From: Raillietiella orientalis
Taxonomy: Eukaryota
NCBI GenBank assembly: GCA_036172245.1
Contig: JAYWIR010000004.1
Coordinates: 4,464,001 to 4,528,000, forward strand
Direction: 5' to 3'
DNA: 64,000 bases
Shown: positions 62,391 through 64,000 of the stretch, piece by piece
Layout of the letters: each line of letters begins with the position of its first letter
Numbering within the stretch: position 1 is the stretch's first letter
The notes under the pieces: model-generated
What the model was told of the DNA's origin: nothing
Seen by the model: only the letters and a program-made list of their open reading frames with translations
The model's database searches: none
Translations under genes and position numbers: made by a program

Positions 62391-64000
62391 TTTTCACCCG
62401 GTCACGCCGGGGCGTTTATTGATAAACACTTTACATTTGCGGTACTAGGCCCCGCTACGGCCAATATTTCATGGGACCAGCCAGGAAGCCGGTTCTGAGG
62501 CCGGCTTGTCTCTCCTCGGCAGCGGAGGGGATGGAGGGTAAAACAAAAAGAAAAATAAATGAAATAAACAAAAAGAAACTATTTGGAGGGCCGGGAAGGG
62601 ATCACAGCCTGCTGGAGGAGGGGACCATCCTTTCCAGGATGCCCTCGAGGTCCATCGTCATAGCTCCCAGATGGGACCAGCCGATCGCGATTCGCAGGTA
62701 GCGACCCGCGTGTACGATGGGTCCCTATCGCTGCTTCCTCTGTTGGCTGCTCTCCACGCAGCCACAATCCTTCGGAGGCAGCAGAGCGCTGCCAGGGCTG
62801 AGGCTGGTTGCAGGGCGTCTCGCACGAAGAGGAGGCGCACAGCGTCTCTGGGGGGGTTGCCGACCGGCATCCGGAGGGTCGTAGCAAAACGTTCCCACAA
62901 GGGCCGGAGGGCAGCGCAGTCCACTAACAGATGGGGGAGGGATTCCTTCTCCCCGCACACTGCACAGTTCTGTCCCACGTTCCCCAACGTCCAGTGGTGG
63001 CGGCGCGCATTGCAGGGAAGACCCCAGTGCAACAACAGCAGCGCCGTTTCCTGCAACTTGAGGGGAGAGTGGATGAGTCTCTGAACAACGGGGGCCACTC
63101 TAGGTCATCCGCCGGGTTGCCAAGCAGCTCGCTCCATCTCTGTATTCCACGCGGGTGAACGCTTGAGGTCGCGGCGTCTGCCAGTTCCTTCATGGTCCAC
63201 CCACTTAGATCCTTCTCCTTGCCCGCTATCTGGCAGGAGACTTGCCATCTCGGCTTCCGGCTGTTTTGAAGCGCCCTTCGTAGGAAGGGCAGCACCGTGG
63301 CCAGTGGGGTCGTCTCCGCCCAAGTGCTTCTGGCGGGACACACGATCATGTTCCGCAGCGTGCAGCGGGTGTAGATGCCGGGACGCAGGCGGCTGCAGGA
63401 TTCTCCACTGATGTCGTTTAACTTTGCCCACGTTCCAACTGTTTCTTCCAGCCATGCGCTGGAGTTGGCGGGGCTGCATACCATCCAGCCGTTCTCCTTA
63501 ACCAGTGTGGCCATGTGTCCGAGGAGAAGGCCGCATCTTCCGGTCTTCCGGCCGGGGCACCGCCAACCACCGGCGGACGTCCCGGAAATCGAGGTGCCAA
63601 CCGTGTTCCCTTCGTTCGCTCTTCTCCGCTGGAATTTGAACCAGGTGTTCGCGAAAAGCAGGTTGGCGTCCATGCTCCGCCTGGGAACAGCGTAAGTCTG
63701 TTCCGGGCTGATGTTTTTCTCTACCCTTCCTAATCGCTCCGACCAAAGTTTCGCCAGCTACTTGGCGTCTTGGCCGTAGTAAGGCCTGGTACCACGAATT
63801 GTGGAGAATTTATAATAAACCCCCCGGTGTGACCGGGTGACAACCAGCTACTTGGCGTCCGCGTTCAACACGGTGATCGGACGCCAGTTGCTGAGGTTCC
63901 GTAAGTCCCTCCCTTCGGGAGGAGACGCATCCGTGCCGATCGGAAGGAGACGGGAACGTCGCCTGTCTTTCAAATCAGCAGCGTTAAGCGCTGCACCAGG
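62391..64000 (-). mobile_element. L1/Tx1-like copy E (RT start, large internal deletion, ORF2 C-terminus, 3'UTR); extends past window end
   Basis: LSNWRPITVLNADAK*LAKL..ISPEQTYAVPRRSMDAN, then a jump to the post-RT region; HWGLPCN, NCAVCGEKESLPHLLVDC; hairpin module at 62391-62420. Confidence 0.88.
63770..63843 (+). mobile_element. 74-bp extreme 3' end of an L1/Tx1-like element (copy F), inserted antisense into copy E
   Basis: Exact 16-bp TSD ccagctacttggcgtc at 63754-63769 and 63844-63859. The insert is homologous to the last ~75 nt of copy E. Confidence 0.9.

Overview
Repeat-dense animal nuclear DNA, probably arthropod: the embedded mitochondrial pseudogenes use the invertebrate mitochondrial code, with ND1/ND4/ND4L/ND5 on the strand opposite CYTB/ND6/COX3/ND3. 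I can support no intact host gene. Contents: (i) about ten truncated or deleted L1/Tx1-like non-LTR retrotransposon copies; (ii) a near full-length but inactivated NeSL/Utopia-like RLE retrotransposon (50.7-54.3 kb) plus a second RT fragment; (iii) three copies of a ~0.9-kb LTR-like repeat, a mariner pseudogene and two MITEs; (iv) a ~11-kb composite NUMT (21.6-32.4 kb) in two oppositely oriented blocks, plus a small third NUMT. Main finding: six otherwise divergent L1/Tx1 copies end in the same 30-nt module (AATAAA-N3-CCCGG-N5-CCGGG-N6). Where target-site duplications (TSDs) can be seen, the module abuts them with no poly(A) tail. Also notable: a ~100-bp direct repeat bracketing the RLE element block (candidate very long TSD), fold-back repair scars in and next to the NUMT, and a near-identical 650-bp inverted arm in an otherwise old NUMT. 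Boundaries of decayed features are approximate. All assignments come from manual motif recognition, not database searches.
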